In this document: positions 8,086 through 18,403 of the stretch, one piece after another
Position numbering within the stretch: position 1 is the first letter of the stretch
How the letters are laid out: each line of letters starts with the position of its first letter
IMG/VR virus record: IMGVR_UViG_3300045988_033237
Source: a virus
DNA length: 39,249 bases
Direction: 5' to 3' (one strand)
The notes under the pieces: model-generated
Told to the model about the DNA's origin: nothing
What the model saw: only the letters and a program-made list of their open reading frames with translations
Database searches by the model: none
Translations under genes and position numbers: made by a program

Positions 8086-9327
8086 ATGAGCAAAGAAGCA
8101 AGGGCATTGCTGAAGAAGATCAATGACAAGAAAAATGCGATCAGAGGTCTTCAGGGACAGGGAAAAACACAGGAAATGAAGGATCAGATGGCGGAACTTC
8201 GTGGAATGCAGGAAGAATTCGACATGCTGATGGAAATGGAAGAAGACGATGACGATGGAATCAAGGATTCTTTACACAATGGGAAAGCGAAGGAAATTGA
8301 AGACGGTCAGAAGTCTAAAAAGTACAGCAAAGCGCAGGTGTGCAAAGCGTTTGTAAACAGGATCGTATGTGGTCTTCGTAAACGTGCTATGCCGGAAGAA
8401 GATCAGGAGATCATGGACAGCTTTAAAAACATGATGAAGGAAGGCGAAGACGAGGATGGAGGGTTTACGGTTCCGGAGGATGTAAGCACAGACATCATTG
8501 AACTGCGCCGTACAGAAAACGATCTGGAACAGTATGTCAATGTTGAAAAAGTAGCAACAATGAGTGGATCCCGTGTGATCGAGGTTGATGCAGACAGTAC
8601 ACCTTGGGGCGATGTGGATGAAGGCGGAGAATTTGAAGAGGAAGAAACACCGAACCTGAAACAGATCAAGTATGCAATCAAGAAAAAGGGCGGAATTCTG
8701 AAGACGACACGCGAACTGCTTCAGGATACAGCTGTGAATATCCTTGCATACCTGAATAAATGGATCGCAAAGAAGTCAAGAGCGACAAGAAATGCTGCAA
8801 TTCTGAATGTGATTAACACGATCACAAAAGGAAAAGAAGTTGCGGTTGCGACTTTTGATGATTTCAAAGACGTATTCAACGTGAAGCTGGATCCGGCGAT
8901 TGCAGTAAGTTCTATTGTATTGACGAATCAGGATGGCTTTAACTACATGGACAAGCTGAAGGATAAGGATGGCAAGTACATCATGCAGCCGGATTCGACA
9001 GATGCAACAAAGACACTTCTTTTTGGCAAGTATCCGGTAAAGGTTGTGAGCAATAAGACGCTGAAAAGCACAAATGTATTAAAAGGCGGATCGGGATCTG
9101 ACAAAAACGATGTGACTGGTTACAAATATCCGGTATACATGGGAGATCTGAAGGAAGCTGTTACCTTGTTTGACCGCGAGAAAATGACGATCGAACTTTC
9201 TACTGAAGCGGGAGATCTGTGGGCGAAGGATCTGACGGGAATCAAGGTTCGTGACAGATTTGACGTTCAGTCTGTCGATGAAACTGCGGTTGTTAAAGGA
9301 GAAATCAGCGTTGCTGTGGCTGGCTAA
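8086..9327 (+). CDS. Major capsid protein, HK97 family (with N-terminal delta/scaffold domain)
   Basis: 413 aa after protease; coiled-coil N-terminus then capsid-like body; RBS aaggagga. Confidence 0.9.
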   Translation: MSKEARALLKKINDKKNAIRGLQGQGKTQEMKDQMAELRGMQEEFDMLMEMEEDDDDGIKDSLHNGKAKEIEDGQKSKKYSKAQVCKAFVNRIVCGLRKRAMPEEDQEIMDSFKNMMKEGEDEDGGFTVPEDVSTDIIELRRTENDLEQYVNVEKVATMSGSRVIEVDADSTPWGDVDEGGEFEEEETPNLKQIKYAIKKKGGILKTTRELLQDTAVNILAYLNKWIAKKSRATRNAAILNVINTITKGKEVAVATFDDFKDVFNVKLDPAIAVSSIVLTNQDGFNYMDKLKDKDGKYIMQPDSTDATKTLLFGKYPVKVVSNKTLKSTNVLKGGSGSDKNDVTGYKYPVYMGDLKEAVTLFDREKMTIELSTEAGDLWAKDLTGIKVRDRFDVQSVDETAVVKGEISVAVAG

Positions 9328-9347
9328 TAAAAAAGGGGCGTGATGAT

Positions 9348-9635
9348 ATGAACCTAAAGGAATTGAAGCAGTATCTGCGCGTCGATTATACAGACGATGA
9401 CAGCATGATCGAACTAATGCATGATGCTGTCATCGACGAAATGAAGGAACTGATTCCGTCATTCGATCCGGAAAAGCCAACAAATAGGCAGAAAATACTG
9501 ATCTGTTCGTATGTGAAGGAATTATACGATCACAGGGATCGAATGTACAACAACGGGAAAATCACATCTGATTCAACAGAACGCATCAGGTACGCGATTC
9601 AGTCAATGATGCTGAAAGAAACGTTAAGGGGATAG
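9348..9635 (+). CDS. Head-tail connector (gp6-like) protein
   Basis: LKELKQYLRVDYTDDDSMIELM N-terminus typical of this family; synteny. Confidence 0.75.
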   Translation: MNLKELKQYLRVDYTDDDSMIELMHDAVIDEMKELIPSFDPEKPTNRQKILICSYVKELYDHRDRMYNNGKITSDSTERIRYAIQSMMLKETLRG

Positions 9636-9636
9636 C

Positions 9637-9960
9637 ATGGCAACAGCAAGGATCAAATTTTATAAGCGGAACAAAAGTCTGGAAAACGGACGGCAGCAGG
9701 AAAAAGAACCGACACTGTTTTATGAAGCATGGTGTGAGATCAGAAACCTTTACGGGCAGGAATTATATGAAGCACTGGATGTCAGACTGGAAAATGCAAT
9801 CGTATTTGAAGTGAGATATTGCAGACGTATAAAAGAGATTAAAGCACATGCAAAAGATTTCTTGATCGAATTTGAAGGCGACAGATATGACATTTATGCA
9901 ACGGATTTCAAACAGAATGACAGGCAGTATGTGCAACTGAAAGCCAACAGACGCGACTGA
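9637..9960 (+). CDS. Head closure / head-tail adaptor protein
   Basis: 107 aa, synteny, EAWCEIRNL...FEVRY pattern. Confidence 0.7.
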   Translation: MATARIKFYKRNKSLENGRQQEKEPTLFYEAWCEIRNLYGQELYEALDVRLENAIVFEVRYCRRIKEIKAHAKDFLIEFEGDRYDIYATDFKQNDRQYVQLKANRRD

Positions 9961-9975
9961 CAGGAGGAAACAGAG

Positions 9976-10407
9976 ATGGAAATATCGTTCCGATTTGAAG
10001 GATTTGAAGAAGTACAGCGCGGCGTGGAAGCCCTGTCGTCAAGTGCTGAAATCGGAGCGATCAATAAAAAAATATTTCAGAGATCCGCCGATATTACAGA
10101 ACCGAAGATGAAGGCACACATGGCAAGATCTGCTGACAATTCAAAGTCAGGACGGAATGGATACAGACCGCCGGGACATGCGCGGGATAACATTCCTAAA
10201 AAGGTAACGACCAAAAAAGGCGAAGTCGGATGGGAATTGAATGGCGACGCGCAAAACTGGTTTTACATGAAGTTTGTGGAGTGGGGGACATCGAAAATGC
10301 CGCCACGGGACTTCCTGAATAATACGAAATCGGAGTGCGAAAGCGAATATCACATGATAGCTGATCAAGAGTACCAGAAAGCATTGAACGAAAAACTGGG
10401 AGGATAA
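9976..10407 (+). CDS. HK97 gp10-family tail component
   Basis: NWFYMKFVEWGTSKMPPRDFL motif; synteny. Confidence 0.75.
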   Translation: MEISFRFEGFEEVQRGVEALSSSAEIGAINKKIFQRSADITEPKMKAHMARSADNSKSGRNGYRPPGHARDNIPKKVTTKKGEVGWELNGDAQNWFYMKFVEWGTSKMPPRDFLNNTKSECESEYHMIADQEYQKALNEKLGG

Positions 10408-10411
10408 AACA

Positions 10412-10768
10412 GTGGATGTTATTGGATTGGCGGCGGCAGCATTGAAGCCGATTTCAGATGAAGGAACAATCGTACAGCAAGGATGGTATGACGAAAGCCT
10501 GAAACGGCTTCATGTGACACTGTGGAAGCTACAAGACACAGAAAATGCACATTCAGATGATGAATGTGAAATTGAAGCGGCAAGCATACAAGTGAATATC
10601 TGGTCACGGAGTGATCAGCAGGCACTTGTGAAAAGAATAAAAAAACTGATGAAGGAAAACGGATTTCTATTTCAGGAAGGAAATGATCAGATTGAAACAG
10701 ATACGGGGATCTTCATCAATGCGATGCGATTTTTAATTTTAAAAGAAGCAGAGGAAACGGAGGAATAA
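10412..10768 (+). CDS. Putative tail completion/neck protein
   Basis: GTG start, position between gp10-like and major tail genes only. Confidence 0.45.
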   Translation: MDVIGLAAAALKPISDEGTIVQQGWYDESLKRLHVTLWKLQDTENAHSDDECEIEAASIQVNIWSRSDQQALVKRIKKLMKENGFLFQEGNDQIETDTGIFINAMRFLILKEAEETEE

Positions 10769-10770
10769 AC

Positions 10771-11382
10771 ATGGCAGCAGAAAAAGAGAAGATCGTGCGA
10801 AGCAGGACTGTATCGTTCAGAGATATTCATATCGCAAAAGTTACAGCGAATACAGAAACGGAATACGCGGCAGAAACACCGTCAAAGTTGGCACGCGCGA
10901 TCACAGGAAAGATCAGCGATGAATTTGAAACTGAAAAAATTTACAGTGATGATTCGGTTGAAGATGTAAACATGTCATACAAAGGGACAAGCGTGGAACT
11001 GGAAGTGAACAGTTTGGCACCACAGGATAAGTCACAGGTATTCGGGCATCTGTATGAAAAAGGATTCCTGATCAAGACGAAGGATGACAAAGCACCGGAA
11101 CTTGCGCTTGGATGGCGTGCGAAGAAGCTGAATGGCAAGTATGAATTCAAATGGCTGTACTGTGGAAGATTCGGTCAAGGATTTGAAGATAATTACGAAA
11201 CAGAAGGGGAAACAAAAACAACGCAGACAGCAACGTTGAAGGGTGATTTTTATGCCCGTCAGATGGATGGAAGATATGAATGCAGCGTTGATGAAAGCAA
11301 TCTTCTTGAGGAACATACAGAAGCAGCGGCGGCGATCAAAGACTGGTTTTCAAAAGTTCAGGAAAAACCGGATGCAGCATAA
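10771..11382 (+). CDS. Major tail protein (phi13-like)
   Basis: 203 aa, position upstream of chaperone pair, FRDIHIAKVTANTETEY N-terminal pattern. Confidence 0.75.
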   Translation: MAAEKEKIVRSRTVSFRDIHIAKVTANTETEYAAETPSKLARAITGKISDEFETEKIYSDDSVEDVNMSYKGTSVELEVNSLAPQDKSQVFGHLYEKGFLIKTKDDKAPELALGWRAKKLNGKYEFKWLYCGRFGQGFEDNYETEGETKTTQTATLKGDFYARQMDGRYECSVDESNLLEEHTEAAAAIKDWFSKVQEKPDAA

Positions 11383-11399
11383 AACAGGAGGGAAAAGAA

Positions 11400-11750
11400 A
11401 TGGCAGCAGCTAAAACAAAGAAAAGATCAATTATCATCGGCAACAAAGAATATACGATGCCGCAGAAGATGTCCACGATGGCATATTTGCACTATCTGGA
11501 AGTGCGCGACAGCATTATGGACACAGAAGCGAAACGGGCGTTGTACACAAGACAGCAGTTCATGGACATGATGGATGTTATTGTTGAAATGTACGGAAAC
11601 CAGTTCACAACAGATGACATGCTGGATGCTGAAACCGGAATGACACCGGATTCGATCGTGATGGAATTTGCACTGATGGATGTGTCAGTGGGTGAAAAGG
11701 TCGATAAAAGAACGGAAGACTTCGCGAAAAATTTTACAAATGGCAAGTGA
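11400..11750 (+). CDS. Tail assembly chaperone (gpG-like)
   Basis: 116 aa between major tail and tape measure; ends just after a slippery heptamer. Confidence 0.7.
   Translation: MAAAKTKKRSIIIGNKEYTMPQKMSTMAYLHYLEVRDSIMDTEAKRALYTRQQFMDMMDVIVEMYGNQFTTDDMLDAETGMTPDSIVMEFALMDVSVGEKVDKRTEDFAKNFTNGK
11729..11735 (+). promoter_or_regulatory. -1 programmed frameshift slippery heptamer A-AAT-TTT
   Basis: In zero frame gcg aaa aat ttt aca; the -1 frame is open from here into ORF 11747..12265. Confidence 0.5.
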
Positions 11751-12265
11751 TGCCGGAACTGATTCTGCCGTGTGGACACAAAGAATATGTCTGCACGACG
11801 ATTTCAGTGGAAATGTATCGCAGATATACGGAAATCATGGAACGGAATGACAGTGATTCGATCAGGGATGCTTTTGAAGCGAATACGAAGATCTTAATGA
11901 CGGTATTCGGGGCAAGACAGCAGGAGGTGGAAGAAGCCGATCCGGAAGATGTATTGTCAGCTGTGAAAGAAATCCATTTCATGATGCAGGATGTGATCAC
12001 GAAGAAATTTCTGGATCTTAATCCAGAACATCCTGAAAAGATACAGAAAGAAAAATCTGCTTTCGACGAATATGACGAAGAAAATGGATATAACGATGAA
12101 GATCCGGGTGAAAACCTGTGGAAGATATGCAGGGAAAATGTGGATCGGATAGTGAAGATCTGTATCAATCTTATGAAAAACTCATATCAGCAGTGCATGG
12201 AAGCGGACATCATGAGCCTTTTGGATCATGCGGCATTCGAGATTAGGACGGTCGATGAGAAGTAA
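11747..12265 (+). CDS. Tail assembly chaperone, gpT-like part (probably expressed as G-T fusion)
   Basis: ORF in the -1 frame relative to 11400..11750, overlapping its stop; acidic. Confidence 0.65.
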   Translation: MMPELILPCGHKEYVCTTISVEMYRRYTEIMERNDSDSIRDAFEANTKILMTVFGARQQEVEEADPEDVLSAVKEIHFMMQDVITKKFLDLNPEHPEKIQKEKSAFDEYDEENGYNDEDPGENLWKICRENVDRIVKICINLMKNSYQQCMEADIMSLLDHAAFEIRTVDEK

Positions 12266-12282
12266 AGAAAGGAACGCGAAAC

Positions 12283-15200
12283 ATGGCTAAGACCTTAATT
12301 GAGATTAGGGCAGAAACGTCGCAGTATCAGCAGGCAATGCGTCAGGCAGCAGCAGAAATGAAAAACCTGACGGCACAGCATTCACTGGCTGCGGCACAAG
12401 CAAAGTTAAGCGGATCCGCGCAGGACGCCCTGCGTGCAAGAGTGACCGAACTGACATCGAAGATAGATGTTCAAAAGGGGATCGTGCAACAGAATGGACA
12501 ACAGTATGACAACTTAAAACAGAAGTTGGAACTGCAAAAAACAGCGCACGATCAGCTGAAGACAAAGGTTGAAGCGGCAAAAAAAGCATATGAAGATAGC
12601 GCGAAAGCGACAGGCGAAGACAGCGAAGAAACACAGAAGCTGAAGGCAGAATATGAAAAGTTGTCTTCGCAGCTGTCCACCAGTGAAAGCCAGATCACAA
12701 AAACAGAAACAGCGATCACGAAGCAGGAAGCGGCAGTGAATCAGTCGAAAGCTGCGCTGACTGAAATGGAAGCGGAATTGAAAAATGTGAACGCAGAACT
12801 TGCGCATGCGCCGTTTGATGAATATGCAGCAAAAGCAGAAAAGGTTGGCGGCACATTAACGAGTGTGGGGCAGAAACTTCTTCCGTTATCGACCGGTATT
12901 GCAGGGCTTGGAGTTGCGGCTGTTAAGACGACAGCGGATTTTGACAGTGAAATGTCGAAAGTATCAGCAATTTCCGGAGCAACAGGAACGGATCTTGATA
13001 AACTGCGAGGAAAAGCCCGTGAAATGGGCGCAAAAACAAAGTTCAGCGCATCAGAAGCTGCACAGGGGATGCAGTATATGGCGATGGCTGGATGGAAGAC
13101 GCAGGACATGATGGACGGCTTGGAGGGCATCATGAATCTTGCGGCAGCATCAGGAGAAGATCTTGCATCGACATCCGACATCGTAACGGATGCCCTGACC
13201 GCCTTCGGACTTTCGGCAAAAGATTCCAGTCATTTTTCTGATATTTTGGCGGCAGCATCATCGAATGCAAATACCAACGTGTCGATGATGGGTGAAACGT
13301 TTAAATACGCAGCCCCAGTTCTCGGATCGTTAGGATACACAGCAGAAGATGCTGCGCTTGCGATCGGATTGATGGCAAATGCAGGTATCAAGTCCAGCCA
13401 GGCGGGAACATCTTTGCGAGGAGCCATCACGAACCTTGCGAAACCAACAGATACTGTCGCGGCTGCGATGGATAAGTATGGAATATCATTGACAGATAGT
13501 TCCGGTAAGATGCTTTCGCTGCGTGAACTGATGGAACAGATGCGGCAGAAGCTGGGTGGACTGTCAGAAGCGGAACAGGCACAGGCAGCAGCGGCATTAT
13601 TCGGAAAGGAAGCAATGTCCGGAATGCTGGCGATCATAAACGGATCAGATAAAGATTTTGAGAAGCTGGCAGGAGCGATCGACAACTGCGATGGATCATC
13701 TGAAAAGATGGCAAACACAATGAATGACAATCTTCAGGGACAGATCACGATCCTGATGTCACAGCTTCAGGAACTTGCTATCAGCTTCGGGGAAATTCTG
13801 ATGCCAAAAATCCGTGATATTGTGACACATATTCAGAACTTTGTGGACAAACTGAATGCAATGGACGAAGGACAAAAAGAAACAATTCTTCGCATCGGAA
13901 TGTTTGTGGCAGCACTTGCGCCGATGCTGATGGGATTGGGGAAAGTGATCACGTTCAGCGCAAATGTATCACGCGCACTTGGAACGCTGTCAGCCGGACT
14001 TGTAAAAGCAGGCGGATTTTCAGGAGTATTCACGAAAGCACTGGGATTGATTACATCACCAGCGGCGATTGTAGTGGGAGTGATTGCAGCAATTACAGCA
14101 GTCATTATTCATTTATGGAATACGAATGAGGATTTCAGAAATACGATCACGGCGATCTGGCAGAAAATCAAAGATGCATTCACAACATTTGCAGCAGGAA
14201 TCAGTGAAAGACTGTCAGCGTTAGGAATTACATTCAGCGACGTGACGTCAGCAATAAAAACAATCTGGGACGGATTCTGTAATTTGCTTGCACCAGTGTT
14301 GGAAGCTGCCTTCAGTACGATTGCAATCGCATTACAAACAGCTTTCAATGTCATTCTTGGAATATGGGATGTATTTTCTGCTGTATTCAGTGGCGACTGG
14401 TCTGGTGCGTGGGAAGCTGTAAAAGGAATTTTTTCAAGCATCTGGGATGGTCTGAAAGAATATTTTTCAACAATAATCGGAGCGGTCAAAGGTGTAGCGG
14501 ATGTTTTTCTTGGATGGTTTGGAACTAACTGGGAAACTGTCTGGAATGGAGTGAAAACCTTTTTTGAAGGAATCTGGAACGGAATTTCTTCGTTTTTTGA
14601 AGGAATCTGGAATGGGATTTCAACATTCTGCACAACGGTGTGGAATGGAATTGTTACAAACGTGACGGCGTTCTGCACGACCGTACACGATACGATCAGC
14701 ACAATCTTTAATGCTGTGAAAGATGTCGTGTCTAATGTGTGGGAAACAATAAAGAATGTGGTTCAGGTTGCGATCATGTTCATAGTGGAAGTTATCAAAG
14801 CAGCATTTGAATTGATAACCGTACCGTTCCGGTTTATCTGGGAAAATTGTAGAGATACGATCATAAGCGTATGGGAAACAATCAAAAGCGCGGTACAGAC
14901 AGCAATCAATTTTGTGAAAGATAATATCATCACGCCAGTGATGAATGCGATCAGCACAACGATCTCGACGGTATGGAATGCGATTCAGACGACATTCACG
15001 ACAGTGATAAATGCAATAAAGTCTGCGGTACAGACGGCATGGAATTTCATGAAGGATAATGTGATCACACCAGTGATGAATGCGATCAGCACAACGATCT
15101 CGACGGTGTGGAACACCATTAAAACAACATTCACGACAGTGATAAATGCAATAAAGTCCGCGGTACAGACGGCATGGAATTTCATGAAAAACAGCGTGAT

Positions 15201-15969
15201 CACGCCTGTAATGAATGGAATAAAAACCGTCATCACAACAGTGTGGAATGCGATCAAAACGGCGGTGCAGACTGTCGTAAATGCGATCAAAACGACGGTG
15301 CAGACTGTATTCAATGCAGTAAAAACAACAGTGACAACAATCTGGAATGCGATCAAAACAGGAACATCGACGGCATGGAATGCAGTGAAGACTGCGGTGA
15401 CAACACCGATCAATGCCGCAAAGTCAGCAGTGACATCTGCGATTAACGGGATTAAGTCAACGATAAGTTCTGTATGGAATAGCGTGAAATCAGCAACGTC
15501 TTCGACATGGAATGCAATCAAGAGAGCGATCACAACACCGATCAATGCTGCAAAAACCGCGGTAGGAAATGCGATCAGTGCGATCCGATCAAAATTCAAC
15601 TTCAGCTGGTCATTACCGCATTTGAGACTGCCTCATCCGTCTATCAGCGGATCATTCAGCTTGAATCCGCCATCAGTTCCACATTTCAGCATTAGCTGGT
15701 ATAAGAACGGCGGTATTATGACGAAACCGACCGCATTCGGGGCGGCAGGCGACACATTGCTGGCAGGAGGAGAAGCGGGAGCAGAAGCAATCCTTCCGTT
15801 GAAACAGTTCTATGACAGGCTGGGCGACATGCTGGATAAAAAGTTGGATGCAATTATGACAGGAACAACGGTATATGTCTATGTAACAATGGACGGCGAA
15901 GTCGTGGCAACGAAAGTATATTCAAAAGTGGAAGAAAAATTCACAGATGAAATAAAACGGAGGAGGTAA
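12283..15969 (+). CDS. Tail tape measure protein (TP901-type core)
   Basis: 1228 aa; N-terminal coiled coil, FDSEMSKVSAISGATG...MGAKTKFSASEAA core, TM segments, C-terminal WNAIKT-type repeats. Confidence 0.95.
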   Translation: MAKTLIEIRAETSQYQQAMRQAAAEMKNLTAQHSLAAAQAKLSGSAQDALRARVTELTSKIDVQKGIVQQNGQQYDNLKQKLELQKTAHDQLKTKVEAAKKAYEDSAKATGEDSEETQKLKAEYEKLSSQLSTSESQITKTETAITKQEAAVNQSKAALTEMEAELKNVNAELAHAPFDEYAAKAEKVGGTLTSVGQKLLPLSTGIAGLGVAAVKTTADFDSEMSKVSAISGATGTDLDKLRGKAREMGAKTKFSASEAAQGMQYMAMAGWKTQDMMDGLEGIMNLAAASGEDLASTSDIVTDALTAFGLSAKDSSHFSDILAAASSNANTNVSMMGETFKYAAPVLGSLGYTAEDAALAIGLMANAGIKSSQAGTSLRGAITNLAKPTDTVAAAMDKYGISLTDSSGKMLSLRELMEQMRQKLGGLSEAEQAQAAAALFGKEAMSGMLAIINGSDKDFEKLAGAIDNCDGSSEKMANTMNDNLQGQITILMSQLQELAISFGEILMPKIRDIVTHIQNFVDKLNAMDEGQKETILRIGMFVAALAPMLMGLGKVITFSANVSRALGTLSAGLVKAGGFSGVFTKALGLITSPAAIVVGVIAAITAVIIHLWNTNEDFRNTITAIWQKIKDAFTTFAAGISERLSALGITFSDVTSAIKTIWDGFCNLLAPVLEAAFSTIAIALQTAFNVILGIWDVFSAVFSGDWSGAWEAVKGIFSSIWDGLKEYFSTIIGAVKGVADVFLGWFGTNWETVWNGVKTFFEGIWNGISSFFEGIWNGISTFCTTVWNGIVTNVTAFCTTVHDTISTIFNAVKDVVSNVWETIKNVVQVAIMFIVEVIKAAFELITVPFRFIWENCRDTIISVWETIKSAVQTAINFVKDNIITPVMNAISTTISTVWNAIQTTFTTVINAIKSAVQTAWNFMKDNVITPVMNAISTTISTVWNTIKTTFTTVINAIKSAVQTAWNFMKNSVITPVMNGIKTVITTVWNAIKTAVQTVVNAIKTTVQTVFNAVKTTVTTIWNAIKTGTSTAWNAVKTAVTTPINAAKSAVTSAINGIKSTISSVWNSVKSATSSTWNAIKRAITTPINAAKTAVGNAISAIRSKFNFSWSLPHLRLPHPSISGSFSLNPPSVPHFSISWYKNGGIMTKPTAFGAAGDTLLAGGEAGAEAILPLKQFYDRLGDMLDKKLDAIMTGTTVYVYVTMDGEVVATKVYSKVEEKFTDEIKRRR
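14890..15294 (+). repeat. Tandem 135-bp (45-aa) in-frame repeats inside the tape measure gene, about 3 copies
   Basis: gcggtacagac... restarts at 14890, 15025 and 15160; copies 1 and 2 near-identical, copy 3 diverged. Confidence 0.85.
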
Positions 15970-15972
15970 AGC

Positions 15973-16671
15973 ATGATCATAAACGGGATTGACGTCAGAA
16001 GATACGGGGCGACATTACTGACGGCAGAAACAAAGCCCCCGAAGATGACGGCAAACTATGAAATGATGCCAAAAGCACTTCTTCCGACAGAGTACGACAC
16101 AGATATTCCACTGGGTTCTATGACAATGACCATATACTTCAGGGGAAAGAACAGGGCGACACTGGAAAGAACAATGTCATCTTTTATGCAGAATTTCAGG
16201 TCATCCTGCATTATGGAAGAAATCAGAGGATTCAAAGGAAAATACAAAGGTTTTCTGGCTGGCGATGATTACGAAAAAACGCTTGAAAAGGAAAAAAGAA
16301 TTCTGACATTAGAATTTGATGGATTCTTTTTTGACGATGAAGCAGAAGGGATATTTGATCAGGAACTGGAAGGAAAGCTGTACGCAGAAGGAAGCCGGGA
16401 TACACCTTGCATTATTGAAGTGACAGCAAAAGCGGATCTGACAAACTATAAGATAACACTAAACGGGGAACCGTACACTATTGAAAGCCTGATGAATGGC
16501 GAAACGATTGTGATTAACGGGAAGACCGGAAAAATAACAAAGGAAGGGGATAACGCTTTCGGATCCGTGGATCTGTGGGCGTTCCCTAAACTGAAAACGG
16601 GAAGAAATGACCTTACGTTTTCAACGAATGGCGCAAGGGTAACAGTCAGGTATTCCCCAATGTGGTTATAA
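15973..16671 (+). CDS. Distal tail protein (Dit-like)
   Basis: 232 aa immediately after tape measure; MIINGIDVRRYGA N-terminus typical of phage tail family proteins. Confidence 0.75.
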   Translation: MIINGIDVRRYGATLLTAETKPPKMTANYEMMPKALLPTEYDTDIPLGSMTMTIYFRGKNRATLERTMSSFMQNFRSSCIMEEIRGFKGKYKGFLAGDDYEKTLEKEKRILTLEFDGFFFDDEAEGIFDQELEGKLYAEGSRDTPCIIEVTAKADLTNYKITLNGEPYTIESLMNGETIVINGKTGKITKEGDNAFGSVDLWAFPKLKTGRNDLTFSTNGARVTVRYSPMWL

Positions 16672-16684
16672 AGGGGGATGATAT

Positions 16685-18403
16685 ATGCTTCAGATATATG
16701 ATGATCAGCACAGGAGAATTGCAGGAATAGATGATCCGGATGATCTAAAAATTGAAAAAACATTATCATCCGGAGATAAGCAGATTTCATTCAGTTATCC
16801 GAAAACAGGATCAGAAATTGAAAATCTGCGGGCTGAATATTATATCAGGACAAAAGATGATGAATATGTTCTGAAGGAAATAAACACAGGAGAAAATAAA
16901 AACAGTTATGTAGCACAGCTGAATATAGAAGAACTGGAATCACAGGAATTTCTGTACGGATTTGAGAGTGTAACACAGACGGCGCGCGCCTGCTTGGAAT
17001 TCGCTTTTGATGGAACAGGTTGGACGGTTGGAATTTGTACAGTAACAAAGCGGAGAACAGTCAGCATTGATGAAACGTGCAATGCTTGGGATGTACTTCA
17101 GGAGGTTATGGACACATACAGATGCGAATGCAAGATCGACAACATCCAGAAGAGAATAGACCTATATGAAGCGATCGGAATGGATCGCGGAGCGTATTTC
17201 ATAGAAGGATTAAACCTGCGGAAATTGACACTGAAATCAGATACATATGATTTCTATACAAGGATTTATCCAGTGGGAAAAGATGGGATCACACCGGAAA
17301 TTATGCTGGGGGTTCCGTATATTGACAATCATCAGTATTCAGATAAAGTGATTCCACGCTATTGGAAAGATGAACGATACACCATCACTGAAAATCTGAT
17401 CGAAGATGCGACTGCGAAGCTGGACACAGCATCGAAGCCGTATACAGCATATACTGCTGACGTTGCGGATCTAGCATCACAGAAAAAGGAATACAGCATT
17501 CTGGAATATGACATCGGTGATACAGTGCATCTGATTTCAAAAACGGAAGCTACAAAAGAAAAACAGCGGATCGTGAAGATGACGGAATATCCGCAACATC
17601 CGGATAAAAACACCTGTGAACTTTCTAATGCGACAAAGAGTTTTGCACAGCTTCAGGAAGAAACAGAAGAAAAAATGAAGTCCGATGCAGTGGATCAGGC
17701 ACAGGCAAGGACAAGGAAAACGCTGAACGAAGGATACTGGACAATCGAACAGGCGCAGGCTGCAATTAAATCTTCAGAAAGCGGAATCATGACATCAGTT
17801 CAACAGGTTAGAACAGAACAAAGGGATCTGACCTATGCAGCAGAACAGGAAGCGAAAGACTATGCTTCACAGCTGAATGAAAAGACCATTGAAAGAATGA
17901 CAAATGAATATTCAACAGCGCTGAATCAGACTGCAAATTCATTTGATATGTCTATTAAGTCGGTCGAAGAAACTGTGACATCGCAGGGCGACGAACTGGA
18001 AGAATTCAGAAAAGAGAATGAAACATATTTCCATTACACGGATGATGGAATGGAAATCGGAAAAAAGCAGGATGGCGGGGTGTTGCCGTTTTCAACATTG
18101 CTATCTAACAAAAGACTGGAATTCAGACAGGAAGGCGTTCCGGTGGCATATGTGCAGTACAACAAGCTGCACATTGAAAATGTCGAAGCGGTGCGAAGAT
18201 GGTCAGTCGGAGCAGCAGACGACGGAGGATACTTTGATTTCATATCTACACAGTACGGGATGGGCGTGAAATGGAGAGAAGCGGAGCAGGTGGAAGAAAC
18301 GGCAACACAGAGCGTCAAAAGGCAAAAACAGAAACAGAAACAGAAACAGGAATACAGACAGCTGATCGACGATGATGGAATATTCGAGGTAGTAAAAGTA
18401 TGA
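16685..18403 (+). CDS. Tail-associated minor structural protein (Tal-like)
   Basis: MLQIYDDQHRRIAGIDD...LSSGDKQISFSYPK N-terminal region typical of siphophage Tal; synteny. Confidence 0.75.
   Translation: MLQIYDDQHRRIAGIDDPDDLKIEKTLSSGDKQISFSYPKTGSEIENLRAEYYIRTKDDEYVLKEINTGENKNSYVAQLNIEELESQEFLYGFESVTQTARACLEFAFDGTGWTVGICTVTKRRTVSIDETCNAWDVLQEVMDTYRCECKIDNIQKRIDLYEAIGMDRGAYFIEGLNLRKLTLKSDTYDFYTRIYPVGKDGITPEIMLGVPYIDNHQYSDKVIPRYWKDERYTITENLIEDATAKLDTASKPYTAYTADVADLASQKKEYSILEYDIGDTVHLISKTEATKEKQRIVKMTEYPQHPDKNTCELSNATKSFAQLQEETEEKMKSDAVDQAQARTRKTLNEGYWTIEQAQAAIKSSESGIMTSVQQVRTEQRDLTYAAEQEAKDYASQLNEKTIERMTNEYSTALNQTANSFDMSIKSVEETVTSQGDELEEFRKENETYFHYTDDGMEIGKKQDGGVLPFSTLLSNKRLEFRQEGVPVAYVQYNKLHIENVEAVRRWSVGAADDGGYFDFISTQYGMGVKWREAEQVEETATQSVKRQKQKQKQKQEYRQLIDDDGIFEVVKV
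18326..18349 (+). repeat. (AAACAG)4 in-frame microsatellite (KQKQKQKQ)
   Basis: Counted directly near the 3' end of CDS 16685..18403. Confidence 0.9.

Noticed and set aside
14109-15599. Minus-strand ORFs 14109..14702 and 14985..15599 (about 200 aa each)
   Set aside because: Both are antisense to the tape measure repeat zone. The repetitive Val/Thr/Ala-rich translation is a mirror of the coding repeats.
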